64,000 nucleotides of DNA, taken from contig JAFVUY010000050.1 of the NCBI GenBank assembly GCA_017502465.1, forward strand, positions 12,256 to 76,255. Reading direction: 5' to 3'. This DNA comes from Bacilli bacterium. Lineage in GTDB: Bacteria > Bacillota_I > Bacilli_A > RFN20 > CAG-826. Below, in pieces: positions 49,162 through 60,620 of the stretch (its first letter is position 1; every line of letters begins with the position of its first letter). The notes below the pieces were generated by a model. The model was not told where the DNA came from, made no database searches, and worked only from the letters and a program-made list of their open reading frames with translations. The translations under genes were made by a program, and so were the position numbers.

Positions 49162-49470
49162 TTAGATTCTTTCTAAGTCTAATAAATTTTTAAATTCAAT
49201 CTTAAGTCCATTAACTAAAATTAACGTTTTATTAAAAGCGTCAATCTTAAATATAGGAGAAATTAATTTGATGATTTCTCCTTTTTTATAATATGTAATT
49301 TTTAATTCTTCGTTTTGGTAATTAACTAAAATTTCGTTAATTTCATCGGCTTTTTCCTGGAAAATTCTTGGTTTTTCAATTTTTTCCCTTTCTTTTCTTA
49401 GCTCATATAACTTCTCGTATTGGTCCGTTAATGTCTTATACGGGGCCCACTTTTTCATACCTCTTTCCAT
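49162..49470 (-). CDS. YolD-like protein
   Basis: RGMKKWAPY N-terminus. Follows the Y-family polymerase. Confidence 0.85.
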   Translation of the reverse strand: MERGMKKWAPYKTLTDQYEKLYELRKEREKIEKPRIFQEKADEINEILVNYQNEELKITYYKKGEIIKLISPIFKIDAFNKTLILVNGLKIEFKNLLDLERI

Positions 49471-50726
49471 TATTTTCTATGACCCCCAATCTGCGAATGT
49501 CTTTCCTTAATAGTGGAGTTTTCAAAAAGAGAAGATGCACGTAAAACAGCGTTTTTACCATAACGCATTTGTATCTCATCAAGTGTTTTTTGTAGCGACC
49601 TTCTTTCCTTTGCTTCTTCTGGATCTTCAAAAAGGTTTAACTGTTCATAATCAGGGATTGGAATTAATTTGTGAAAGTTAAGCCCCACTCTTCTAATAGG
49701 GAAATCTTGAATAAATTTATCAAATATAACCATTAATGCATCGTATAATATTGAACTTTCATTCGTGGGTCTATTAAGCGCTAATTGACGAGAGAACCCA
49801 CCTTCTTTTGAATAACCGATATATAAGGATACCCCATTTGCGACTTTTCCTTCTAACCTAAGTCTTAAAGATAGGTCATCACTCATTTCTCGAATAATAA
49901 GAGGTATTTCATTTTTTGTATAGTCTTTAAATAAGACTTGTCCGATTGATAAGGAACGATCTTTAGGAATATATTCCTCTCTTATATAAGATTCATCAAT
50001 GCCGTTCGCGTGGTTAATAAGTTGTTCACCCATAACACCGAATTGTTGGATAAAGTATTCTTTCGAGGATAAAGCGATATCTTCCACTGTAAATAGCCCC
50101 ATCGCATTTAAACGAGCTTCCATTCTTTCTCCTATGCCCCATATCTTTGATAGAGGAGTAATGGGCCAAAGTTTTGTTTTGATGTCTTCTTTATTCATAA
50201 CTGCGATTCCTGAAGGTTCGTGCTTTGCATAAATATCTAACGCAACCTTTGAAAGGAAGAAGTTAGGACCAATTCCAGCAGTAGCGGACAATCCAGTTCT
50301 TTCTTTAATGGTATTTAAAATAAATCTAACTAATTCAAAAGGATTCATTTTGTAATATTTCAAATAAGAAGTCATATCTACGAATGCTTCATCAATAGAA
50401 TAAACATGAATATCTTCCTCAGAAAAGAAATCTAAAAGTATAGAGATAACTTCACTTGATTTTTCTATATATCTTTCCATTCTAGGAACCGCATATACAT
50501 AATTGAATTTTTTTGGTAAATCTCTAATTCTTAATCTAGATGGCACCCCATGTTTTTTAAGATACGGAGTAACGCTTAAAACAATCGTGTTTTTGCCTCT
50601 TTCCTTGTCACACACAACAAGAGGGGTAGTAAAAGGATCTAACCCCCTATCAAGACATTCAACAAACGAATAAAAAGCTTTTAAATCAATAACCGCGATG
50701 TTTCTTTTTGTTTTCATGTGTTGCAA
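49470..50726 (-). CDS. Y-family DNA polymerase (UmuC/UvrX/YqjW-like)
   Basis: IDLKAFYSFVEC, YSIDEAFVD, WGIG, C-terminal IGGHR. Confidence 0.93.
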   Translation of the reverse strand: MQHMKTKRNIAVIDLKAFYSFVECLDRGLDPFTTPLVVCDKERGKNTIVLSVTPYLKKHGVPSRLRIRDLPKKFNYVYAVPRMERYIEKSSEVISILLDFFSEEDIHVYSIDEAFVDMTSYLKYYKMNPFELVRFILNTIKERTGLSATAGIGPNFFLSKVALDIYAKHEPSGIAVMNKEDIKTKLWPITPLSKIWGIGERMEARLNAMGLFTVEDIALSSKEYFIQQFGVMGEQLINHANGIDESYIREEYIPKDRSLSIGQVLFKDYTKNEIPLIIREMSDDLSLRLRLEGKVANGVSLYIGYSKEGGFSRQLALNRPTNESSILYDALMVIFDKFIQDFPIRRVGLNFHKLIPIPDYEQLNLFEDPEEAKERRSLQKTLDEIQMRYGKNAVLRASSLFENSTIKERHSQIGGHRK

Positions 50727-50940
50727 TTATATATAGAAAAAAATAAATATAAAAGTTAAAAACATAGACACTGTTATAAAATAAAAACCTACATTATTAA
50801 CATGTGGTGTAAAATAAAAAAATCGTTTAATTTCTCTTGTGTGTTAACTACGAGAAACAGCGGTTATTTTTCTATAAAAATTCCTAAAAATAAGAAGGTC
50901 AATATGCTAAAATATACCTACAATATTTTGGAGGCCTTTT

Positions 50941-52152
50941 ATGTTAGAAATTATCATTGTTGTTTTATGCTCTTTATTAATCTTAATTCTTATTGGTTTA
51001 ACTATCTTTCTTGTTATTAATTCTAAGAAACACGCTGGTAACCCAGAAGTTGCTTCAAAAGAATTAGGTGCGATAAGCGAGCAAATTAAATTAATGTCTT
51101 CCGCGATTGAAAAAGACATCCAACTTTCTATCGCGAAGGAAATGATTAAAATTAGTGAACAGGCTAGAAAAACAAGCGAGTCCGACAATGAAAAACTTGA
51201 AAGATTCCAAAAGAACATTACTGAATCTTTAAATAATCGTTTTGATGCATTAAATAAGCAAATCGACGATAAAATGCACAAAATTAACACTAAAGTCGAA
51301 GAAAAATTATCTGAAGGTTTTAAAGGTACAAGCGAGACAATGGCGCAAGTAAGAGAACGCTTGCAAGCTATTGATGACGCACAAAAAAATATTGAAAAAT
51401 TATCTACAGATGTTGTCTCTTTAAAGTCTGTTTTGGAAGGCAATCAAACAAGAGGCCAATATGGAGAATACCAACTTTCAATGGTGCTTCATAATGTTTT
51501 TGGAGACACAATTGGTTGTTATCAAGAACAATACACAATTAAAAAAGGCAAAGACGGGAATGATGTTCGCGCTGACGCTGCTGTCTTTTTGCCAGAACCA
51601 AACAAAATGATTTGTATTGATTCTAAGTTCCCATTCCAAGATTATTCTAGAATGTTTGACGCTTCAACAGACGAAGAAAAAGAAGCCTACAAAAAAGAAT
51701 TCGCTTCAGCGGTTAAAAAACATATAACTGTAATTAAGGATAAATATATCATTGAAGGTAAAACCGCCCCTGAGGCATTAATTTTTATTCCAAACGATGG
51801 AGTGTTTGCTTTTATTCATCACGAACTTCAAGACGTCGTCGAACACGCCAGAGATAAAAGAGTTATTCTTACCTCTCCAAGCACACTCCCAGCTATCTTA
51901 GTCACTATCAGCATGGTGAGAGTAGAAGCGGAAAGAGCAAAAAATGCAAGAGAGATTTCTAAACATTTACAAAAACTTGGAAAAGATTTCGAAATGTTCG
52001 CACGTGAATGGAATACCCTTTCAGATCAACTTGATAGAGCAACTAAAACACGTGAAAAACTTGATTCAAGAGTTGATAGAATTAATAACAAATTTGAATC
52101 AATTAAAGGTTCATCACCATTAATTGAAGAAAAAACTGGTGAAGACGAATAG
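50941..52152 (+). CDS. rmuC: DNA recombination protein RmuC
   Basis: TM plus coiled coil, RGQYGE.QL, IDSKFP, SPSTL. Confidence 0.92.
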   Translation: MLEIIIVVLCSLLILILIGLTIFLVINSKKHAGNPEVASKELGAISEQIKLMSSAIEKDIQLSIAKEMIKISEQARKTSESDNEKLERFQKNITESLNNRFDALNKQIDDKMHKINTKVEEKLSEGFKGTSETMAQVRERLQAIDDAQKNIEKLSTDVVSLKSVLEGNQTRGQYGEYQLSMVLHNVFGDTIGCYQEQYTIKKGKDGNDVRADAAVFLPEPNKMICIDSKFPFQDYSRMFDASTDEEKEAYKKEFASAVKKHITVIKDKYIIEGKTAPEALIFIPNDGVFAFIHHELQDVVEHARDKRVILTSPSTLPAILVTISMVRVEAERAKNAREISKHLQKLGKDFEMFAREWNTLSDQLDRATKTREKLDSRVDRINNKFESIKGSSPLIEEKTGEDE

Positions 52153-52208
52153 AAAAACACTTTTTATTATTTAAAAATAAAAATAAGTTGATATAATAAA
52201 TGTGCTTT

Positions 52209-52284
52209 GGGCCAATAGCTCAGTTGGGAGAGCGCATCGTTCGCAACGATGAGGTCGTCGGTTCGATCCCGATTTGGTCCACCA
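52209..52284 (+). tRNA. tRNA-Ala, anticodon CGC
   Basis: Full cloverleaf, acceptor GGGCCAA/TTGGTCC with G3:U70, anticodon arm CATCG-TTCGCAA-CGATG, T-loop TTCGATC, encoded CCA. Confidence 0.97.
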
Positions 52285-52297
52285 TTTATGAAAGTAG

Positions 52298-52322
52298 AAC
52301 CAATGGCAAACATTGGTTTTTT
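52298..52322 (+). terminator. Terminator after the tRNA
   Basis: AACCAATG-GCAAA-CATTGGTT-TTTT. Confidence 0.75.
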
Positions 52323-52411
52323 ATATAATGGTAATTTCACTTTCTAAAATAAAAATACTAACAAGCATTAAACTTTGATATGTTATCATTTATAAATAAA
52401 AGGTATATCGG

Positions 52412-53542
52412 ATGAAAAAACTAATAAAAGAAAATAAATCTATATTTGTAAGGCTTGTTGTTATAGCCTCCTTAATTGTTTTTTTAATTGTACTAGGCAT
52501 TTTTCAAAATAACCCTTTAATATGCGAATGGTGGACTAGAAATATATCGAGATTTTTCCAAACGACTGCTGGATTTCTATTTAAATATATCCCTTTTTCA
52601 ATTACTGAATTATTTGTGCTTTCTTTAATAGGTGTAACAATTTGGTTAATAGTGTGGACAATAATCTCACTAGTTAAAAAGAGAAAAAAGTTTGCTTTAT
52701 CAAGAACGATTGATATCACTTTAATCTATGTAGCTTTTATTTTTTCTTATGTTTCAACGACCTCACTTGCTTACTATAGAGCGGAATTGCCAATTCCTCT
52801 ATACGAAGAAAAGGTAGAAAAAAGTGAATTTGTGCCTATTGTTTCCTATTTTTTAGAGGACTATAACTACTGTTCTAGCACACTTTCGTATAACGAAGAT
52901 GGCTCCCTTATTATGCCTTATTCCGCGTCTAAATTATCTCGAATTATTGAAGAAGAATATAAAAAAGTAGATGATTCATATTTCTCTAGTTTTACAACAT
53001 ATATGAAACCGTTAGCCACTAGTTTTCTCTTCAGAGAATTCCATATTACCGGAGTATATTTTGGTCCATTTGGAGAATCAAATTACGATTATTTAATGAC
53101 TACTGCCGAATACCCGTTTACATTTGCTCACGAGATTGCTCATTCTAAAGGAGTAATGAGAGAAAATGATGCCCAGCTTATGGCGGCCTATATTTGTTTA
53201 AATAGCAAAGATCCTTATTTAAGATATTCTGGTTATATTTATACTTTTACTTCTTTATTAAATCTCGCTAGATACACAGGTAATAAAGATGATTATAAAA
53301 ATTTAGTCAATCAATTAGATGAAGATATTATCAAAAATTTAAACCAAATTAATAAGTACTGGGCAAGTCATGATTTACTTAATGAAATCGCGGAATTCTT
53401 TAATAATTTGTATTTAAAAATATTTGGCAATGATTCTACGGGTGGATATGATGATACACCTATAATTATCAATCCAGGCACAAATGAAATAACCTCATTT
53501 TCTAGATATCAAAAATTGTATTTTAATATTTATTACAACTAA
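52412..53542 (+). CDS. DUF3810 family membrane zincin-like protein
   Basis: IPFSITE, ITGVYFGPFGE.N, HEIAH.KG..RE.DA. Confidence 0.85.
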   Translation: MKKLIKENKSIFVRLVVIASLIVFLIVLGIFQNNPLICEWWTRNISRFFQTTAGFLFKYIPFSITELFVLSLIGVTIWLIVWTIISLVKKRKKFALSRTIDITLIYVAFIFSYVSTTSLAYYRAELPIPLYEEKVEKSEFVPIVSYFLEDYNYCSSTLSYNEDGSLIMPYSASKLSRIIEEEYKKVDDSYFSSFTTYMKPLATSFLFREFHITGVYFGPFGESNYDYLMTTAEYPFTFAHEIAHSKGVMRENDAQLMAAYICLNSKDPYLRYSGYIYTFTSLLNLARYTGNKDDYKNLVNQLDEDIIKNLNQINKYWASHDLLNEIAEFFNNLYLKIFGNDSTGGYDDTPIIINPGTNEITSFSRYQKLYFNIYYN

Positions 53543-53580
53543 ATATAATAGTAATATAATAAGAAACAAGGAGATTTATT

Positions 53581-53724
53581 ATGTCTGAAAAAGAAAATAA
53601 ACAAGTTAAAAAATGGAAATGCACTCTTTGCGGATTTATCTATCCTCTTCCAGAACTCCCAGAAGATTATGTTTGTCCTATCTGTGGCGCGGGCAAAGAC
53701 GCATTTGAACCAGAAGAAGAATAA
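53581..53724 (+). CDS. Rubredoxin (47 aa, absent from the ORF track)
   Basis: RBS AAGGAG, then [47 protein letters not shown] with two CxxCG knuckles. Confidence 0.92.
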   Translation: MSEKENKQVKKWKCTLCGFIYPLPELPEDYVCPICGAGKDAFEPEEE

Positions 53725-53769
53725 GAGAAGGGATTTATCCCTTTTTCTTTGTGACATAAAATCAAGGTT

Positions 53770-54456
53770 ATGAGAAATTTAAAGTTATTAGTTTTATCAA
53801 TCGCTGCAGGTGTTTGCATTGGTTTTGGCGGCATGCTTAATATTATGTGTATCGCTAACAAATTAAACATTTTAGGCGGAATCTTATTTAGTGTTGGATT
53901 ATTTTTAATCTGTGTTTTTGGTTTTAAATTATTCACTGGTCAAGTTGGTTATCTTTTTGCAAAAGAAAACAAATTATCCTTCTTAAAAGAATTATTAATT
54001 TTCTATATTGGTAATGTTATAGGTGCGGTTGGTTTTGGATCAATCTTGCGTCTTACTGGTATTTTAGAAAACGATGTTATTGAAAATGTTGCTACCGAAT
54101 TAGCGCAACACAAACTCGTTAGATTTAATGCAGCAGATTCATTCGGTCAAACATTCTATAGTATGTTAATTTTAGCATTTTTCTGTGGGGTTCTTGTTTT
54201 TCTTGCTGTTGATATTTTTAGAAGAGAAAATATTCACCCATTTATTAGAACTCTAGGTTTAATTGTTTGTGTTGGAGCTTTTGTTATTTCAGGGTTTGAA
54301 CACTGTGTCGCTGATATGTTCTATCTTGGCTTTTCTGGCGACTTTTTTGAAGCTCACGCTCTTAATGCTTTAGTGTCAATTTTACTCGGTTCAACCGGTA
54401 ATATTTTAGGTGCTTTTGCAACATATTTTGTTGTTAATCTTGCAACTAAAAAATAA
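53770..54456 (+). CDS. Formate/nitrite transporter family protein
   Basis: AGVCIGFG, LFTG, GN.IG, FEHCVADM. Confidence 0.9.
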   Translation: MRNLKLLVLSIAAGVCIGFGGMLNIMCIANKLNILGGILFSVGLFLICVFGFKLFTGQVGYLFAKENKLSFLKELLIFYIGNVIGAVGFGSILRLTGILENDVIENVATELAQHKLVRFNAADSFGQTFYSMLILAFFCGVLVFLAVDIFRRENIHPFIRTLGLIVCVGAFVISGFEHCVADMFYLGFSGDFFEAHALNALVSILLGSTGNILGAFATYFVVNLATKK

Positions 54457-54478
54457 TCAATTATTATCAAAATAAAAG

Positions 54479-54506
54479 AAACAACTGCGTTTTTGCAGTT
54501 GTTTTT
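54479..54506. terminator. Bidirectional intrinsic terminator
   Basis: AAACAACTGC-N6-GCAGTTGTTT between convergent genes. Confidence 0.8.
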
Positions 54507-54507
54507 A

Positions 54508-55701
54508 CTATATTTTTAAGATATCTATCACGACATCAATCATCTTTTCGAAGTCTTGGATTACAAGGTATTCATATCGTCCATGACAGTTATAGCCGCC
54601 TGTTCCTAAGTTAGGTGTAACCAGACCCATTTTAGAGAATGTCGCTCCATCAGTTCCACCTCTTATAGGAGCAGATTTTGGCTCTAATCCGTTTTTAATC
54701 ATAGCTTCTTTAGCTTTCTCAATAACAATAGGTTTTTTATCTACATATTCTTTCATATTTGAATATGAATCATAGATAATCGCTTTAGATTTCGAACCTG
54801 GATATTTACTATTTAGTTTTTCGATAGATAGGTTAATTATTTCTACTCTTTTATTTAATCTATCTATATCAAAATCTCTTAATATCATTTCTGCTTCTAA
54901 ATATTGAGAATTTCCATTTACATCATCAATATGCCAGAAACCTTCGTATCCTTCTGAATGATATGGGTTGTCATTTTTAGGCAATTCATTTAAAAATTCG
55001 TTTAATAATAAAACCGCGTTAATTAATTTATCTTTCCCACTTCCTGGATGAATAGCGATACCTTCAAAAGTTAATTTAACTCCTTTAGCGTTAAAGTTCT
55101 CATAATTGATATATGAAATATCTCCTCCATCAATCGTATATGCATATGAGGCGTTCATTTTCTCTAATGAAAAATATCTTGCTCCTCTTCCAATTTCTTC
55201 ATCACATGTGAATGAAATGGCAATTGGATGATGTTTGATTTCTGGGTGAGAAATTAAATAATCAACTGCACCCATTATGATTGCAATTCCCGCTTTATCA
55301 TCTGCACCTAAAAGTGTGTCGCCAGAAGTGGTCACTAAATCTTTTCCGATATGTTTTAAAAGAGTTGGGAATTGTTTGCTAGATAATGTATATTCATCAT
55401 TTAATTTAATATCTTGTCCGTTATAAGAAAGAATTATTTGAGGTTTAACATTTTCTCCGCTTATATTCGTTGCAGTGTCAACGTGTGCATTTAAACCAAT
55501 AGTCTCTCCTTCTCCATCTATATGAGCGTATAAATTGCCATATTCATCAATAAAAGCATTATCAATTCCTAATTCTTTTAATTCTTCTAAAAGTACCTTC
55601 ATCAAATCTAATTGAATAGCGGTTGAAGGGATTGCTTCACTTTTATCATCAGACTTCGTGTTGATTTTCACATATTTTATAAATCTATCAATTGCCTTCA
55701 T
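54508..55701 (-). CDS. pepT: Peptidase T (tripeptidase)
   Basis: AHVDT, LLGADDKAG, DEEIG.G, IRGGTDG. Confidence 0.95.
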   Translation of the reverse strand: MKAIDRFIKYVKINTKSDDKSEAIPSTAIQLDLMKVLLEELKELGIDNAFIDEYGNLYAHIDGEGETIGLNAHVDTATNISGENVKPQIILSYNGQDIKLNDEYTLSSKQFPTLLKHIGKDLVTTSGDTLLGADDKAGIAIIMGAVDYLISHPEIKHHPIAISFTCDEEIGRGARYFSLEKMNASYAYTIDGGDISYINYENFNAKGVKLTFEGIAIHPGSGKDKLINAVLLLNEFLNELPKNDNPYHSEGYEGFWHIDDVNGNSQYLEAEMILRDFDIDRLNKRVEIINLSIEKLNSKYPGSKSKAIIYDSYSNMKEYVDKKPIVIEKAKEAMIKNGLEPKSAPIRGGTDGATFSKMGLVTPNLGTGGYNCHGRYEYLVIQDFEKMIDVVIDILKI

Positions 55702-55798
55702 ATCTAAACCTCTTAATTATTGTCATTATACATTTTTTATATTTTCTTTAAAAAAGAAATAACAATAATTTATTATTTACGTTATTATAGTATTACTT

Positions 55799-57322
55799 AT
55801 GAAAACTAAAAAGATCGCTATTTTATCTATATTTATTGCCTTATTAAGTCTTACAAGTTGTAATTTTGATTTCTTTTTTGGGTCAGAAACTGATTCAACT
55901 CCTTATCCTAGCGAAGAGGAAGAAAGTACACCTCAAAACGCAAATTATTATCGTGCGGATAGAAGCATTGATACCTATTACACAGTAGGTCAACATAGCG
56001 CTTATGGCCAAACACATCCAAAAACACTTGGTCAAGCAAAAACATTAGTTGTACCTATTGCTATTAAAGGCTATGAATCTACCGCGAACGAAACAACAAG
56101 AAGTAAGATACAAAAGGCATTCTTTGGAACCTCTAGTGAAACTGGATGGGAATCTGTTTCAACATACTTTAATAAAGCTTCATTTGGACAATTTGAACTA
56201 GAAGGTGAAGTTACACCTTGGTATAATTCGAATCTATCTCCAAGAGAAATAGCAGCAAAAGAAGATAGTAAATATGGTGATGGTGGAACATATTATCTTT
56301 TAGAAAAAGTTTATTCGTGGTTAAGCACGCAAGGTTATAATCTCAAAGATTATGATTTAGATAAAGATGGTTATATTGACTCGATTTGGATGATTTATGG
56401 TTGTCCAAATGGTTCTAATTCAGTTTTAGTCCCAACAGATACTTTCTGGGCATTTTCTTTCGTTGCGTATAACTTTATGAACGATAAAGATGTTAATAAG
56501 CCTGTTCCTAATACATATGCATGGGCTTCTTATGACTTCATGGACGAAGGGGAAAGCGTTGGAATTGAAATTGACGCACATACATATATTCATGAAACTG
56601 GCCACGTATTAGGGTTAGATGATTATTATGATTACGATAGTGTCCATAGTCCTTTAGGTGCAATAGATATGCAAGATAATAACGTAGGTGATCATAATGC
56701 TTATTCCAAAATGGCTTTAGGCTGGTCACGTCCTTATGTTGTTACAGGTGATTGCACGATTACAATCAAACCTGCTGAAAGTAGTGGTCAATGTATTTTA
56801 TTAAGAGATCCAAGCTCACCATATAACGGAAATGCTTTTAGTGAGTACCTTTTATTAGAATTATTAACACCTACTGGTTTATGGAAACAAGACGCTACTA
56901 AAGCTTATCCTTCAATCCGCTCAAAAACATTTACTCAACCTGGCGTTAGATTGATGCATGTTGACTCTCGTTTGATTGATTACAATAACAATTTTGTTAC
57001 TAAAACATCTTCAAGAAATTTATATTCTGTTGCTTATTCAAATACACCTAGCGACTCATATTCTAGCGGCACATCTTCTTTAAGAGATGATCTAATTGCT
57101 CTTATTCCAGCAAACAACGACACAATATTCCAAAGTAGCGCTAATAGAGACGCAGTTGCTACTAACGCTAGTTTGTTCTCGACAGGTGATAAATTCACTA
57201 TCAACGATTATTCTTCGTTCTTTAGAAACAACCAATTGCACGATGGAACAACTATTCCATTTGAAGTAACTTTTGATAGTGTTACAAGCGAATCCGCTAC
57301 AATTACATTTAAGGTAATTTAA
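55799..57322 (+). CDS. M6 (immune inhibitor A-like) metalloprotease lipoprotein
   Basis: Lipobox LTSC, D.DKDGYID, HETGHVLGLDDYYD, K.ALGW. Confidence 0.85.
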   Translation: MKTKKIAILSIFIALLSLTSCNFDFFFGSETDSTPYPSEEEESTPQNANYYRADRSIDTYYTVGQHSAYGQTHPKTLGQAKTLVVPIAIKGYESTANETTRSKIQKAFFGTSSETGWESVSTYFNKASFGQFELEGEVTPWYNSNLSPREIAAKEDSKYGDGGTYYLLEKVYSWLSTQGYNLKDYDLDKDGYIDSIWMIYGCPNGSNSVLVPTDTFWAFSFVAYNFMNDKDVNKPVPNTYAWASYDFMDEGESVGIEIDAHTYIHETGHVLGLDDYYDYDSVHSPLGAIDMQDNNVGDHNAYSKMALGWSRPYVVTGDCTITIKPAESSGQCILLRDPSSPYNGNAFSEYLLLELLTPTGLWKQDATKAYPSIRSKTFTQPGVRLMHVDSRLIDYNNNFVTKTSSRNLYSVAYSNTPSDSYSSGTSSLRDDLIALIPANNDTIFQSSANRDAVATNASLFSTGDKFTINDYSSFFRNNQLHDGTTIPFEVTFDSVTSESATITFKVI

Positions 57323-57323
57323 T

Positions 57324-57899
57324 ATGGAAATTATTTATAAGAAAAAAGTAATCGAAATTATAGAACAATTAGGTGAAAAATCTTATCGTGTCACTTTTAA
57401 AGGTAAGACATATTTTATGAAGAAATTCGATAACAAAAATGAATTTATAAATTATATTGATTGTTCAAAATATCTCAAAAATTGCGGGGTTTTGCTTCCA
57501 AAAATCTATTTTAAAGACAAAAAACAGTTATTTGTTCTATCTGAGTTTATAGAGGGAGAAAGCCCATTATTATATTTAAGCAAAGGGCCTCTTGATGAAG
57601 TTTATTATAAGTCAATATTTAACATCGCATTTAGATCAAAAATCGAAGGTATTAATCTTAATTTTTCTCCAGAAAATTTTAAGCTTAAAAATGGAAAACT
57701 TGTTTATCTAAATATTCAGTTTGAAAAATATAGTGAAGATAGAAATTTTGTTAATCATTATGTTAAATTATGGTTTCACACAAAAGAGTTAGTGGAACAT
57801 TTAAAAGAGTGTAACTTACCAACAGAATGCATTAAGTTGAAAGAAGAATACGAAACTAACAAAGAGTTAGTGTTAGCAACAATAAAATATTATATGTAA
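57324..57899 (+). CDS. Small protein-kinase-like fold protein
   Basis: Kinase-like N-lobe (SYRV...YFMK...LSEFIEG) and SPENF loop. Confidence 0.5.
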   Translation: MEIIYKKKVIEIIEQLGEKSYRVTFKGKTYFMKKFDNKNEFINYIDCSKYLKNCGVLLPKIYFKDKKQLFVLSEFIEGESPLLYLSKGPLDEVYYKSIFNIAFRSKIEGINLNFSPENFKLKNGKLVYLNIQFEKYSEDRNFVNHYVKLWFHTKELVEHLKECNLPTECIKLKEEYETNKELVLATIKYYM

Positions 57900-57902
57900 A
57901 TT

Positions 57903-57943
57903 ATGGTGTTGTCCTTGATTAACCACCATCAAAACAAGGAGGG
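57903..57943 (+). ncRNA. Putative preQ1 class I riboswitch (translational)
   Basis: Stem AUGGUG/CACCAU, loop starting with U and ending in C, tail CAAAACAAG. Loop UCCUUG pairs with the SD region CAAGGA, directly upstream of queT. Confidence 0.72.
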
Positions 57944-57947
57944 AAAC

Positions 57948-58445
57948 ATGAAAAGTTTCAAAATTAATAATATAGTCGACAACGGACTTGTCGCTGCATT
58001 ATATGTCACAATATCGTTAATAACCTACCCATTATCTTTTGGAATGGTTCAATTTCGTGTTGCAGAGATATTAATGCTTCTTTGCTTTTTTAGGAAAGAT
58101 TTCGCTATTGGATTAGTATTTGGGTGTGTTATCACAAATATTGCAAGCTTTTCCCCTTTAGATATTTTATTTGGTTCTTTAGCAACTTTGTTGTCTTGTT
58201 TGGTTATTATGTTTAGCAAACACCTTTTTATAGCCATGCTAGCACCAATTGTATTTAATGCTTTTATCATTGGCTTAGAACTTCATTACTTATTAGGAGA
58301 ACCGATGTGGATGGCGATAGGTTTTGTTGCACTTGGAGAAGTTGTTGTTATGGTAGTGGGTTACATAATTTTTATGTTCTTAAAACGAAACAAAAACTTT
58401 ATGAGTATTATTAAGGCTAATCAAAATCTTGATTTCAAGATTTAA
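57948..58445 (+). CDS. queT: QueT queuosine-precursor transporter
   Basis: AALY...LSFG.VQFRVAE, D.LFGSLAT. RBS AAGGAGGG places the start at 57948. Confidence 0.9.
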   Translation: MKSFKINNIVDNGLVAALYVTISLITYPLSFGMVQFRVAEILMLLCFFRKDFAIGLVFGCVITNIASFSPLDILFGSLATLLSCLVIMFSKHLFIAMLAPIVFNAFIIGLELHYLLGEPMWMAIGFVALGEVVVMVVGYIIFMFLKRNKNFMSIIKANQNLDFKI

Positions 58446-58458
58446 ATCTATATAATGA

Positions 58459-59588
<1,130 letters not shown>

Positions 59589-59589
<1 letters not shown>

Positions 59590-60620
59590 TGGATATTAAT
59601 TTATTTGATTTTTATCTACCAGAAGAATTAATTGCTCAAAAGCCCGCTGATAAAAGAGATCATTCAAAACTTTTGGCGATTAATAAAATTAATCACACCT
59701 ATGAAGATAGAAATTTCTTTGATATTTTAGAATATTTAAGACCTGGTGATGTTCTTGTTAGAAATAACACAAAAGTTATTCCTGCTAGACTTTTAGGCGT
59801 AAAAGAAGTTACAGGTGCTAAATGCGAACTATTACTTTTACATCGTGTTAAAGGTGATGTTTGGGAATGCCTTTGCAAACCTGCTAAATCACTTAAAGCA
59901 GGAGCGGTGGTCAATTTTGGAGATGGCAAATTATTTGCAAAATGCATTGAAGAAAAAGAAGAAGGACTAAGACTTTTTGAATTTTCTTATGATGGTATTT
60001 TCTTAGAAGTTTTAGATTCCTTAGGTAAAATGCCATTGCCTCCATATATTAGAGAACAATTATGTGGTAATGATAGATATCAAACTGTTTATGCTAAACA
60101 CGAAGGAAGTGCAGCTGCACCAACAGCAGGCTTTCACTTTACTCCTGAGCTTTTTAAAGCGATAGAAGATAAAGGAATTACTATAGTTGATGTTACACTA
60201 CACATTGGTTTAGGTACTTTTAGACCTGTAAAAGTCGAAGACACTAAAGATCATGTCATGCATAGCGAAGTCTATGAAGTATCTAAAGAAGCTGCAGATA
60301 CTTTAAATAAAGCTAAAAAAGAAAGTCGAAGAATAGTTGCAATTGGAACCACATCGGTTAGAACCCTTGAAGCAAATTATTCTAAATATAATGAATTCAA
60401 AGAAACAAAAGAAGCCACAAACATCTTTATTGAACCTGGCTATCAATTTAAGGCTGTGGATACAATTATTACTAATTTCCATTTACCAAAATCAACTTTA
60501 ATTATGCTGGTTTCTGCTTTCGCTGGTAGAGAATTTACTTTAGAATTTTATAAACACGCTGTAGAAAGTAAATATCGCTTTTTCTCTTTTGGAGATTCAA
60601 TGATTATTTATGGAAAATAG
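59589..60620 (+). CDS. queA: SAM:tRNA ribosyltransferase-isomerase
   Basis: [43 protein letters not shown]. Confidence 0.98.

Noticed and set aside
50727-50940. LexA (GAAC-N4-GTTC) box upstream of the Y-family polymerase
   Set aside because: No canonical box seen, only a weak AACA-N7-TGTT dyad.
52285-53542. Genomic island integrated at tRNA-Ala
   Set aside because: No integrase, and no duplicated tRNA 3' end seen downstream.
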